A stretch of 64,000 nucleotides of DNA, taken from the IMG/VR virus record IMGVR_UViG_3300002898_001527, one strand, 5' to 3'. Below, in pieces: positions 28,917 through 39,025 of the stretch (positions are counted from its first letter, which is position 1; the number at the start of each line of letters is the position of its first letter). The DNA is from a virus. A program made the translations under genes and the position numbers. The notes beneath the pieces were generated by a model that was given only the letters and a program-made list of their open reading frames with translations, made no database searches and was not told where the DNA came from.

Positions 28917-31900
28917 TTAAAGTTGATATTCAATAATATTACTTACTCCGCCCCTCGCAGGCTTAATGCTCACGACGGAAACAGTGCCACATTTATCACA
29001 GAAAACATTCGTCTTGCCAGTGCTCTTTGATGCCCTGCGAATAAGACCATGCCGATTCGAACAAGCAGGACAAATATGGCCAACAGCAAGAACCTGTCCG
29101 TCAGAAAGCTCAGCAGGATCAATGCCAGTTTCATAAATAGATGCAGTCTTTGCGAAAACATCGGCAGAACTACGCCATTCCAATTTAACCCAAAGAGGAA
29201 CACTAGCATAAACAGTCCTACGACTATCGCTCGCCAGTGGCGGCGGAGCAGCCGGAGGCATCATGCCAGTTGCAGGAGCCGCCGCACCAGGAGCAGCACC
29301 AGCTACTGGAGCCACACCGGCACCAGGAGCACCCTCAGCCGCTAAGTCGCCCTCTGGGGCTGCACCTTCTGGTCCAAGTCCTTCTAAGCCAAGTTCGTCC
29401 TCAGCATTCTTAGCAGCGCCTTCACTGGCCTGATTGGGATTAAGAATCTTAATGTCGATCGTTACTTCAAACTCAGTCCCACAAGAATTGCATTTGCCCT
29501 GAGAATCAGCTAGGTCAACATCAGTAGAACCACAGGCCGGACAAATTGAACCAGGAGGCTTAATTTCGCCAGGAGAAGTAGCTGCATCATTCTCCGCACC
29601 ACCAATTGGTTCTTCTTCCTCGCCACCTGCACCAGTAAACCCAGCAATGCCCATATCAGCAGGAACGTTATCTACAGCGCCACCTGTACCGATGTCCATT
29701 GCTGCACCGCCGGCAGCATTCGGGGCAACAGGGAAGCCAGCAGCTTGAGCTTTTCTAAGCAATTGAGCTCGCTTATTTTTTCGTTCAGCAAGGACTGTTG
29801 CTGGAGGAATTGCTGTATCAGCTGCTGCCATAGGATAAGTATCATTAATATTTCTCAAAATAGACGATCGAATAGTTGCGATACATTCGCCAGTATTTTG
29901 GATGTCAAGATTTGTAAATGTTAAACCATCTGGATCGGAAACCTGGTAGCCTCGTTGATTTAGAATTTCAGCAACGAATGCTTTAACCTTGCTTTGCAGA
30001 TCTGGATCATTTGCAACACAGCCGCACTCGCTTAATTGGAATCTAACAGTAAATTCACGATCCGCACGATCCATTACTGTATATGCTTTTTTCTCCATCT
30101 CCGGTTGATGTTCCAGTAATGTTTTAACTACTTTCGTTGCATGCGCTCTTTTGCCTTCAAGAAGCTTAATTGCAGCCACAAGGCTAAAAGGATTTAATTC
30201 TTGTTCTAGTGCCTTGTCTGCCAATTTGCCAGCATATGCACAAAGAAGATTATCTTTGTCTACATCTTGTTCAAAATCTGTTTTTCCAGCATCGAAGAAC
30301 ATTTCTCGTTCACGAATCTTAGCTCGCGATTCTACTTCTTCTTCAGTCATTGCTGTTTCAATTTTAGCAATCATTTCCTCTGGACCAGCTTCTTGAAAAG
30401 CATCTAGAACTTCATCAGAAGTTACATTATTTTCTTTAACAACATCGGTTAATGCATAAGTAACAACTTTCAAGTCTTCTTTGGAAAAATCGTCTGATTC
30501 CTTCTCAGTAGCAACAAATGATTTTAGAAATTCTTTTCGAAGTTCACGGTCTTTTTCCCGAGGCACCGGAGCGAAATCGGCATCTGGTCCCATTGCTTCT
30601 TTTGCCAATTTACCAATACTTTGAGCAATTTTATCATTATTAATAGTATGTAATACTTGAAGAGCAGAGACAATATCATTTGAACCAATTTCAACATTGT
30701 CAATCTTATCAGCCAATGTCCCTGCTACAATATCTTCTAGTGGAATATTAGAAAGTTGTTTGATAGCTTCTTGTTGGCCAAATTCTGCTCTCTCTGCTAA
30801 AATTCTACGACCTTTTTTATGATATGAAGTAGCCATAACATTTAATTTATCAATTAATTTATCATCTTTTAATAAATTACTTGATGCTTCTACAACTTCA
30901 CGTGGAGATACTTTTGCAAGAACAATTGATTTCGAAAGTGCATCAGAAACTGATGAAGCAACTTTGGCATTAGATGCAGTACCAACTCTTTTTGCCCGAA
31001 GCCTAGATTCTGCTGGGCCAAGATCATTATTTGCATGCGTTTGTTCAACATAGCCTTCGTTAACAACTTCTGGATATCCCTGGCGACCAATGTGATATTT
31101 AGGATTATGTTTGCCAAGAGTATTTTCCCTATTATTAATTTCTTCACCCAGCCTGCCATCCTCAAGATATCTTTCCATAGGATATGTGGCGGCACCAGAA
31201 TGAGCTTGCTCAATATAAGTTTCATTGACATCTTCTGGATATCCAAGGCGACCTTCAGGGAAATTGGCCTCAATATCCTCCGCAAATGTTCCTTCCTGAT
31301 TCTTGGTCGGAATATTACCACGTGCTTCCGCGACTTTAACCGCACCTACTGCACAAGCCTTCTTAAATTCACTGAGCATACTATCAGTGAATTCATCAAC
31401 ACGACCATCTTCGATTTTTTCAAGTTGCTCTTCGGTCGGCAGTGGTTTCCAGCCTACTCGCTGGCCATGATAATAGCCAGTTACATCGCCCGTAGTCGAA
31501 ATGACAACTTTATATGGGCCCTGTTCTTTGCTATATGTTTCAACGGTTTCTTGCTCCGTAATTGATCTTAAATTAGCTGCAATTTTAGTAAAGCGTTCCA
31601 TCTTTTTGTTAACCTCCTTAGCGGGTCTTTTTGATGATTCTTTAATTTCATTTTGTAATTCTGTAAAACCACCATAAATCTTCTTTAAATTGTTTATCAA
31701 AGATTTTGAAGCCATTTGCACACCGACACCAGTCTCCGTTGGGCCATAATTGGGTATTTCTCCTACCGACATTTGTTCCGGCATCTGTTCTGGTATTTGT
31801 CCTACACCCTGCATTACATTAGGATTATTAGGATTATAATTGTTGGGATTGGTTAAATTAATATTAACAGCCCCCTGTGAAGTAATTTTTCCTATGCCAT

Positions 31901-33185
31901 CATCAATTAAATTACCTAAAACTTGCTGTACTTCTGCTAAAACCTTGCTTAAATCTTTTACATGATCCATATTGACCCTGTCTCGCATGTTTAAAAGGCT
32001 TCTAATTACTTCTTCAACCAGAAGCATTGTCTGGTTAAGAATATCTAATAAATTACTCTCATCAACAATATTTCCACCATGTGCTCCTTGTGGAGCCTGT
32101 CCAGATTGAGCCTGCTCTGTATTTAATCTGGACTGCGGCGGATCATTAATACCTCCGATAAGTTGGTTAATCTCTTCACTACTAACACTTGGTGGCATAC
32201 TTTGTGCTACTTTTTTTAACCTGTGAATACCATTTATCATTTCTGAATAATTAATGACTGCCTGAGAAAAATTCATAGCATTAATTAAAAATTCTTTAAT
32301 ATCTTTTTCAAATTTATTTTTTGAAACATGTGCTGCAATTATTTTCTTAGTAACAGTAGCAGTCTTAATCGCATTATCTGTTTTCTTAACAAAATCTTCT
32401 ACATCTAAAATTTGTTCAATTTCACAATTTTCAAAGGCACCGTCGGAAACACAAGATAACTCAATAAATTTAACGCCATAGTTCTTTTCAAAAACTGGCT
32501 CATTATTTGCCCTTTTGCCTCTATTGGGCCCTTTGTCAATTACACCACTAAATTTTTTACCTTTAAATTCTTTAATGTGTGAACAAAATTCATCTTCTGA
32601 TGCAGCCTTATTATTGCAAATTGAACACCGACTATATTCGACATGACAACCCATCGAGACATCATGAATATAGCCTTCACGAATTCCACGAGCCAACTTG
32701 GGCCAAGATTCTGCATCAACGAAGAATGTGCAATATACGCAATTCTCATCCTCATCCCACTCCGCATAAACAACTTTTCCTTTTGATTCCTCAATATCTT
32801 CATTTTTATGATTTGTATAAATCGGGACACCCTCAAATGTCTTGAATGCAGGAATTTTGCCCTTTTTCCCAGCTTCTACCTCAGCAAGCAATTCTTGCTT
32901 GCTGAAATAATCACCATTTTCATTCGGAGTATCTGCATCAATGGCTCTAGCACGGCACCATAAAAATGTCTCCGGGTGATTTTTCATTTCTTCAACAATA
33001 TCAAAATCAGCAAACTTGCTTAAAATTTCATCTGGGTTCGCATATAATCTTTGATCTCCTTGCTTAAGACCAGATGCCGTTTTAATCATATTGTGGACAA
33101 CAAGTGCTTCTTTGTTAAACTTGATATCAATTATATCATCGCTATTAACTCGCAGTGGTATTTTTTTGATCAAATTATTCGACAC
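28917..33185 (-). CDS. Prohead (capsid maturation) protease with very long C-terminal scaffold-like region and Zn ribbons
   Basis: N-domain NENGDYF...FEGVPIYTNH...GKV...DVSMGC....CSICNN...CSH...FIELSCVSDGAF is typical of clan SH phage proteases. It lies directly after the portal. Likely GTG start at 33185 with GGAG (the track starts at 33209). Confidence 0.78.
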   Translation of the reverse strand: MSNNLIKKIPLRVNSDDIIDIKFNKEALVVHNMIKTASGLKQGDQRLYANPDEILSKFADFDIVEEMKNHPETFLWCRARAIDADTPNENGDYFSKQELLAEVEAGKKGKIPAFKTFEGVPIYTNHKNEDIEESKGKVVYAEWDEDENCVYCTFFVDAESWPKLARGIREGYIHDVSMGCHVEYSRCSICNNKAASEDEFCSHIKEFKGKKFSGVIDKGPNRGKRANNEPVFEKNYGVKFIELSCVSDGAFENCEIEQILDVEDFVKKTDNAIKTATVTKKIIAAHVSKNKFEKDIKEFLINAMNFSQAVINYSEMINGIHRLKKVAQSMPPSVSSEEINQLIGGINDPPQSRLNTEQAQSGQAPQGAHGGNIVDESNLLDILNQTMLLVEEVIRSLLNMRDRVNMDHVKDLSKVLAEVQQVLGNLIDDGIGKITSQGAVNINLTNPNNYNPNNPNVMQGVGQIPEQMPEQMSVGEIPNYGPTETGVGVQMASKSLINNLKKIYGGFTELQNEIKESSKRPAKEVNKKMERFTKIAANLRSITEQETVETYSKEQGPYKVVISTTGDVTGYYHGQRVGWKPLPTEEQLEKIEDGRVDEFTDSMLSEFKKACAVGAVKVAEARGNIPTKNQEGTFAEDIEANFPEGRLGYPEDVNETYIEQAHSGAATYPMERYLEDGRLGEEINNRENTLGKHNPKYHIGRQGYPEVVNEGYVEQTHANNDLGPAESRLRAKRVGTASNAKVASSVSDALSKSIVLAKVSPREVVEASSNLLKDDKLIDKLNVMATSYHKKGRRILAERAEFGQQEAIKQLSNIPLEDIVAGTLADKIDNVEIGSNDIVSALQVLHTINNDKIAQSIGKLAKEAMGPDADFAPVPREKDRELRKEFLKSFVATEKESDDFSKEDLKVVTYALTDVVKENNVTSDEVLDAFQEAGPEEMIAKIETAMTEEEVESRAKIREREMFFDAGKTDFEQDVDKDNLLCAYAGKLADKALEQELNPFSLVAAIKLLEGKRAHATKVVKTLLEHQPEMEKKAYTVMDRADREFTVRFQLSECGCVANDPDLQSKVKAFVAEILNQRGYQVSDPDGLTFTNLDIQNTGECIATIRSSILRNINDTYPMAAADTAIPPATVLAERKNKRAQLLRKAQAAGFPVAPNAAGGAAMDIGTGGAVDNVPADMGIAGFTGAGGEEEEPIGGAENDAATSPGEIKPPGSICPACGSTDVDLADSQGKCNSCGTEFEVTIDIKILNPNQASEGAAKNAEDELGLEGLGPEGAAPEGDLAAEGAPGAGVAPVAGAAPGAAAPATGMMPPAAPPPLASDSRRTVYASVPLWVKLEWRSSADVFAKTASIYETGIDPAELSDGQVLAVGHICPACSNRHGLIRRASKSTGKTNVFCDKCGTVSVVSIKPARGGVSNIIEYQL

Positions 33186-33255
33186 TTGTATTCTCCAAAC
33201 AAAATTCAATAATTTAAATTTACTTTTTAATGCGGAAAAATCCTTTTTAAGATAA

Positions 33256-33284
33256 ATATTCTATATTATTAATAAAAATCCTTC
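33256..33284 (-). promoter_or_regulatory. SigH-type promoter for the protease gene
   Basis: GAAGGATTT-N11-ATAGAATAT. A second AAAGGATTT copy lies just downstream (about 33238-33246). Confidence 0.7.
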
Positions 33285-33304
33285 TTAGCTTTAAAAATAT
33301 TTTT

Positions 33305-35668
33305 TTACATCGTTCCTTTCAATCTTTTATTTATGACATCGGTAATTACCTTAATAACATCGTTCATTCTTTCATTAATTTCTTTGTCTGTAAATCTAAG
33401 AACGATCCATCCATGTTGCTGCAGGGCAGCATCTCTTCTGCGATCTCTATTAATGGATTCTGGATCTGCATGCCATTTTTCTCCATCTGCCTCAATTGCA
33501 AGCTTAATTGTTGGATATGCTGCATCTATTTTAAATCTTGGATTTCCCTGTGCTATATATTGTGCATAAAGTTTAATTCCGACATTTAGGTTCATGAGTG
33601 CTTGATATAATTTCGTTTCAATAGAAGTAAATTTAATCTTCGGCTCTTTCTGTGTCTTTTTAGCTTTCGATGCGAATTTAATAAATTCATCAAGCTTATC
33701 CATATAGAATGTTCCATCAGGATTGAAGAATTTAGCCAATTCTTCATCATTATCCGTTACATCTTGTGATGCATAAATTGTTTGCAAAATGGTTCGACCT
33801 GGCCCCATATAGCCCCATGCGGGATTGTTTTCTGAATATTCTATTTCTTCATCAAGTTCTCCACGGTAACCATCCCCTGTAATCATAGGCATTATTTCAT
33901 TGAATTTATCTGGCTCAATTTCAGCAAGTACTTCTTTTTTAAATTTCATTGCATTTTTATAATTATCAATCATTGTTTCGGCCATCATCGGAGGTGCTGC
34001 ATTATTGTCCATCGGAACGCCAGGCATCGCATTCATATTTCCGCCCATGCCGCTCATATCCCCTCCCATGCCGACATCCATGCCCCCACCGAAATTGCCA
34101 GCGATGGGTGGCATTCCTCCACCCATCATTCCACCGCCGAAGCCAGAACCAAGATCTGAGCCTTCCTTGGCACCAAGTCCCATATCTGGTGAAAGAAGCA
34201 TTGTTCCGAGTTCTTCTTGTCGTAATCGCTCAATTTCGGCATCATAATTAATATCAAGATTTTCAAGCAACGTTTGCAACGAAAGCTCCCCGGCTTGCCT
34301 AAGACTCAATAGTGGTTGTAGTTTCTGAGTCTTATCTGTAGCATCCAGATCTTTGAATTTGAATCGTGGATAAATTAATGTTTCTTCGCCTCTTGCATCT
34401 ATTGTTGTAAAATTATTAAATTCAGCAATGGGTTTAAATACTTTTTCTTCTACCCATTCTTCAATTTCGCCCCTAAATGCTTCGAGTCTTTTAAGAAAAA
34501 CATCCAGTCCAACTTGTGCAGATGAATAATTAGGACCTTCTCCATGAAGGAATGCTTTATTTAGTTGTAGACCGGTTTGTAAATCTTCATTAATTAATTC
34601 ATATTCGTTAGTCAATTGGAGAACTTTGCCTGATGCACCGACCCAATCATATTCAAAAGCATGATGCGTAACTATGGTAACTAGTGGATCATTTGCTATT
34701 TCTGCTAATTTTTCTTCAACTGCAGCTAGGTCTTCAGATGAAGCGGGTCGCTCCTGGCTACCAACTTTAACAATTTTGACAGGGAGAATATGTCTTTCCG
34801 CAACAAGCCATTGTGCCTGGCGCAATTTGTCTCTATATGCGAGTGTTGGGAAAAGCCTTCTAAGCAATGAGTTCCCATATGATTCATATGCACTTGCTGC
34901 GAATTTAAGATGTGTGACTGCTACAGAATTAAGAACAATTGGTTCTCCACTGGCAATAATTTGCCTAACATATGGATCAATTCGCTCATATTGATCTCTA
35001 GGTGCCTTTGTTTGAACTATTTTTCTTAATTCTTCGGATGGCTCCATTATAATTCTTGGTTGTTCTACTAAAAATGTATGGCTATCATCTACTGTAATTG
35101 AATTGGGATTCATAATTGAGATGCTTTTCCAAGTAGCACCCTCATGCGAACACACTTCTCCAGTATTTACATCTATAACACGGCCATAACAATGTGGACA
35201 GTCTAATTCTAAAAATGGAAAAACATCACCATATAGATAATATTCATGAGCAATTTTTAAAAGCCATGAGTGAAGCTTTAAGTCTTTGCATAATTTACGA
35301 TAATATTCAAGAATTGCACCATTTGGGCATTCAAGTTCAAAATCATTGATCGATAATGCTGTATAAATATCTATACCTGTAGCTACAATTGGCTCATTTT
35401 CATAAAAATATTTTGCCCAGGCATAAATTTCTCTCCTTGTTGATGGAATTTGCCATGCCGATGGAGTATGATATGGAGAATAAAAACCAGGCATCGTAAC
35501 AGTAGTCCCACCAGTCCCACTTCCACCAATACAATTCGCATATTTAGTTAAACTAAAGTCTATTTTTCCACTTCGATATGAACCAATTTGAGGATATGGC
35601 CCAAGTTGCTGAAGATAATTTTCAAATGCTTCTAGGGAACTAGCTACTTTATCTAATTGATCCGCCAT
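33305..35668 (-). CDS. Portal protein with C-terminal DUF559/Vsr-like endonuclease domain
   Basis: Portal patterns YFYENEPIVATGID, YYLYGDVF, IMNP.SI, VTHLK..S.YESYGNSLL and PVKIVKVG. A Gly/Met linker leads to C-terminal IDAAYPTIKLAIEADGEKWH...RDRRRDAALQQHGWIVLRF. Confidence 0.8.
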   Translation of the reverse strand: MADQLDKVASSLEAFENYLQQLGPYPQIGSYRSGKIDFSLTKYANCIGGSGTGGTTVTMPGFYSPYHTPSAWQIPSTRREIYAWAKYFYENEPIVATGIDIYTALSINDFELECPNGAILEYYRKLCKDLKLHSWLLKIAHEYYLYGDVFPFLELDCPHCYGRVIDVNTGEVCSHEGATWKSISIMNPNSITVDDSHTFLVEQPRIIMEPSEELRKIVQTKAPRDQYERIDPYVRQIIASGEPIVLNSVAVTHLKFAASAYESYGNSLLRRLFPTLAYRDKLRQAQWLVAERHILPVKIVKVGSQERPASSEDLAAVEEKLAEIANDPLVTIVTHHAFEYDWVGASGKVLQLTNEYELINEDLQTGLQLNKAFLHGEGPNYSSAQVGLDVFLKRLEAFRGEIEEWVEEKVFKPIAEFNNFTTIDARGEETLIYPRFKFKDLDATDKTQKLQPLLSLRQAGELSLQTLLENLDINYDAEIERLRQEELGTMLLSPDMGLGAKEGSDLGSGFGGGMMGGGMPPIAGNFGGGMDVGMGGDMSGMGGNMNAMPGVPMDNNAAPPMMAETMIDNYKNAMKFKKEVLAEIEPDKFNEIMPMITGDGYRGELDEEIEYSENNPAWGYMGPGRTILQTIYASQDVTDNDEELAKFFNPDGTFYMDKLDEFIKFASKAKKTQKEPKIKFTSIETKLYQALMNLNVGIKLYAQYIAQGNPRFKIDAAYPTIKLAIEADGEKWHADPESINRDRRRDAALQQHGWIVLRFTDKEINERMNDVIKVITDVINKRLKGTM

Positions 35669-35694
35669 ATTTTATCCATTTCTTTGACAGTTGA

Positions 35695-35739
35695 AAAATC
35701 CTGGTGCATATATATTTTTTAATTTTGCACCAGGATTTT
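35695..35739 (-). terminator. Hairpin/terminator upstream of the portal gene
   Basis: 14-bp stem AAAATCCTGGTGCA...TGCACCAGGATTTT with a 17-nt loop. Confidence 0.6.
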
Positions 35740-35757
35740 CTTTGCTTATTTGAATTT

Positions 35758-38052
35758 TTATTTCATTGGGACATTAAATGCGCCTGTTCCAATTGCTTCT
35801 GCCATTTGATTTCCCAAATGAATATCTGGTGCTGCTGAATTTGGATCTATGCCACTATGTTGGACATTATATTCACGCATTTTATTTGCATAATCTTGTG
35901 ATAATTTGCCTTCGATAGTAGTGTTATTATACATATCTTCAGGTGTTTGTTTCTCTTCACTCTCTGGATTCAATGAAACATTGATGTCTAATTCAATTCC
36001 CAATTCATTTTTTTTAATTATTTCTTCTAATTCTTGAATTAATTCGAATGCTTCATTCATTGGATTCTCTTCTTGATCTTCTTGTTCTTCTGGGACAATT
36101 GTCTCTTCTGTTGCTGGGTTTGTTTTGTTCGCACGGATTCCCCACATGTCATTATCAAATCCGCTAATTCCTGAATTAAATAACGAGGCAATTCTAGTAT
36201 TTTCGTTACGATGATCCTTTAACAATTCTTCATATACTTTAGGATCTATTTCTGTTTCTTTTCTTTTTTTATTCATTTCGCCTTCAATATTATATTCATT
36301 TGGGACTATTCTTTTATTATTAAGTCTAATTTCTGTTGATAGAATTTCTTCATTGCCTCTTTTATTTTCTAGGATTTTATTAAAATTAGGACTAGTTTTT
36401 GGTTTTTTATCATAAGTAGTTATTTGTTCTTTATTATTTCTACCATGCATTCGTGATTCTAAATTGTGCAAATATGGTTCAGATGTATTTGAATTATTTC
36501 TCATCATTCGAGTTTCAATTCCAGCAACTTCTTCACGAATTGGGTTGGATCTCTCGCCATCTGGAATCCTTAATGCCATAATTTTATTAATTGGATTTTT
36601 TTGTTCTTCGAGTCTAGCCATAACTTTATGATGTGTATCGCCTACTTTTTTTAACCAATATTGGTAATTGTAAGGTAGATTCGGTTTTCTTGTTTCAGTT
36701 GGATGCCAATCAGAAATATAAAATTCTTGTTTAAAATTATCCCTATCGTCATTAATTAAATAAGAAAGTTTATTAAATCCAGAGTTTCTACTTGCTTCTC
36801 TCATACTGTCAGAGATATCTGCATAAATTTCATTTAAATCATTCGCAATATCATCATCAATATATTGATATTTCGTAGGATTAAGCATTAATAAAATAGA
36901 ATCCATTTGTACATTATTATATTTTTGTGATTGTTTAATCATTCCGTGTGCTATTTTTAAATCTGCCAGAATAGTAACCATTTCTTCAGCAAATGGATTT
37001 TCGCCAAATGATAAATTATTCATATCATTTAAAACGATTTCATTAATATTAAATTCTTCAGCTGGACCAATAACAGCTGCTGAAAAACCAGGACCATCTT
37101 CTTTAATAATTTCAATATTTTCAAAATCTGGATAATCTTTATCGCATTCTTCGCATTCTTTATCTTCTATGCATTCTTCGCATTCTTCATCTTCTGCATA
37201 TTCTGCGCATTCTGCGCATTCTGCGCATTCATATTCTTCGTGTTCTACTGTTGAATCATTAAGATAATTAAAAAGTTCTTTAAAAATACCCATAATTTTA
37301 GGAGTGAAACCAATTGACTCAGGTGTAGAAATTTCTATATGGGAGACATTATCTTCCGGGTTTTCTGGCGAAATAGAATGTAAAATTTCTTTTAGATTAT
37401 ATATTTTTTCTTTAATATCATTAATTTTATCATATTCAATATCTTTAAGTGCAGGATACATATCTTCACTTAAATCATCTAGAATATTATCAAGCAAATT
37501 ATTAGATTTTTCAATATACTGTTGATTAGCGATGGCATCATTTAATTTCGGGACCATTTCCATAATTTCAGCAAGTTGATTTTTGATATTAGCTAGCATG
37601 CTTAAGAATTCTGGGTTTCCTGTATTAACACATTTTCCATTTGTATTTAATGGGCCAATTCCTAATCTTTCAGCATTTTCTAAAATTTCTTCTGGTTCTC
37701 CTTTAAGACATTCTCCTTCCTGCGCTCTTGGACCGATGCCTAGGCCTTTCCCAGGACCCATTCCCAGGCCCCTTGTCTTAAGACATTCTCCTTCCTGTGC
37801 TCTCGGGCCAATGCCGAGGCCTTTTCCAGGACCCATTCCTAGCATATTATCCTCAGAATCTAATGTGCAATGCTGATGCTTTCTAGGACTATCTTTGAAA
37901 CCTTTTTCAAAAGTTGGCATAATTTTTTCCATAATTTCTTCTGGATTAAAATCTGCATTTTCATTAATTGGCCCAAAGCCGAATCCGACTTCAACTAATC
38001 TGCCGTCGGGCGCTTCTAAAATTTTCTTTAAATTAAAAAAATTATTAAGCAT
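35758..38052 (-). CDS. Hypothetical head-module protein with Gly-rich repeats and Cys/Glu-rich tract
   Basis: Likely ATG 38052 with SD AAGGGGAG (the track starts at 38148). Contains GMGPGKGLGIGPRAQEGECLK x2 and ECAECAECAE...ECEEC. Confidence 0.65.
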   Translation of the reverse strand: MLNNFFNLKKILEAPDGRLVEVGFGFGPINENADFNPEEIMEKIMPTFEKGFKDSPRKHQHCTLDSEDNMLGMGPGKGLGIGPRAQEGECLKTRGLGMGPGKGLGIGPRAQEGECLKGEPEEILENAERLGIGPLNTNGKCVNTGNPEFLSMLANIKNQLAEIMEMVPKLNDAIANQQYIEKSNNLLDNILDDLSEDMYPALKDIEYDKINDIKEKIYNLKEILHSISPENPEDNVSHIEISTPESIGFTPKIMGIFKELFNYLNDSTVEHEEYECAECAECAEYAEDEECEECIEDKECEECDKDYPDFENIEIIKEDGPGFSAAVIGPAEEFNINEIVLNDMNNLSFGENPFAEEMVTILADLKIAHGMIKQSQKYNNVQMDSILLMLNPTKYQYIDDDIANDLNEIYADISDSMREASRNSGFNKLSYLINDDRDNFKQEFYISDWHPTETRKPNLPYNYQYWLKKVGDTHHKVMARLEEQKNPINKIMALRIPDGERSNPIREEVAGIETRMMRNNSNTSEPYLHNLESRMHGRNNKEQITTYDKKPKTSPNFNKILENKRGNEEILSTEIRLNNKRIVPNEYNIEGEMNKKRKETEIDPKVYEELLKDHRNENTRIASLFNSGISGFDNDMWGIRANKTNPATEETIVPEEQEDQEENPMNEAFELIQELEEIIKKNELGIELDINVSLNPESEEKQTPEDMYNNTTIEGKLSQDYANKMREYNVQHSGIDPNSAAPDIHLGNQMAEAIGTGAFNVPMK
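37703..37839. repeat. Direct repeat, 75-bp period, mostly synonymous differences
   Basis: Two copies encode identical GMGPGKGLGIGPRAQEGECLK. Confidence 0.9.
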
Positions 38053-39025
38053 TATTTCTCCCCTTTTCGGCATCTGTTGGATTGGCGATAGAAACATTTT
38101 CAAATGGATAATATTTTTCTTCTTTAATATTATTTTTATAATATTCAATATCTTTTTCAGACATGCCGCGCTTTTTCAATGCATCTTTAACATTTTCTAG
38201 CATAGATGGCACAGAAGATAAATTTCCAATTTTATAATTATTTCTAGTGCCAGAATCTTTATTTGAATAGTAATTTTCACATTCAGTTAAATAATATAAT
38301 CTATCCAAGAGTTCCCGAGTAGATCTTTTATAGAGATTATTTTCTATATCGTATAATGTTTCTTGTGTTTCTGCATAAACATATTTAAGATTAAAAGAAT
38401 AACTTGCTTCTTTACTTTTTTTAGTTGCACGCTTTCTAATCATATCGTATGCTCTTTTAATAATACCTTGCTCAAAATCATGATGTTTCATAATATGTTT
38501 AACTATATCAGACTGTGGCCAGCCCCGATCAAACAGTTTTTGAACTTGTCCCATAAGGAATTTAAAAGGATTACTTTTACGACCTCTTCTAGCTTTTTCT
38601 TCTTCTTCGTCTTCTTCTTTTTCATAAGAAGTTCGTCCTTTGGGCTTTGCTATCTTTTGTAAATTAAATGCAGCTTTTTGCAAAGGATTATTTTTATTAA
38701 GAAATTCTTCACACATGTTATCAATAGTTGTATTTGGATCTTCTAGAAGCGTAGGATTTTCAATTGCATCTGCAATTTGCTCAAGTTCTTCATATTTTGT
38801 CCCTGCAGCGCTATTCATATCCCTAAGTTGTTTTGCAGTTTCCGGATCTCCATCTATGCCAGACCAATCCTTCTGTAGAAGTTGTTGTACAATTTTACAA
38901 ATTTCTACTACATTGCCCGGTTGGCCCGGGGTACCCGTTTGCAATGGCATGTTTGATACTGCATTGCCAGGAATTTGTGCCTGAACTTTTCGAGAATTAG
39001 ATGCATTATTCGATTTCATCATCAT
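38045..39025 (-). CDS. Hypothetical head-module protein
   Basis: 326 aa ORF overlapping both neighbours. Confidence 0.65.
   Translation of the reverse strand: MMMKSNNASNSRKVQAQIPGNAVSNMPLQTGTPGQPGNVVEICKIVQQLLQKDWSGIDGDPETAKQLRDMNSAAGTKYEELEQIADAIENPTLLEDPNTTIDNMCEEFLNKNNPLQKAAFNLQKIAKPKGRTSYEKEEDEEEEKARRGRKSNPFKFLMGQVQKLFDRGWPQSDIVKHIMKHHDFEQGIIKRAYDMIRKRATKKSKEASYSFNLKYVYAETQETLYDIENNLYKRSTRELLDRLYYLTECENYYSNKDSGTRNNYKIGNLSSVPSMLENVKDALKKRGMSEKDIEYYKNNIKEEKYYPFENVSIANPTDAEKGRNNA

Noticed and set aside
33305..33640. Intein-borne endonuclease in the portal
   Set aside because: There are no intein N-terminal C/S block or HN terminus, and the domain sits at the true C-terminus.
37703..37839. 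DGR template/variable repeat pair
   Set aside because: The copies are adjacent, the differences are mostly synonymous and not adenine-specific, and no reverse transcriptase was seen.
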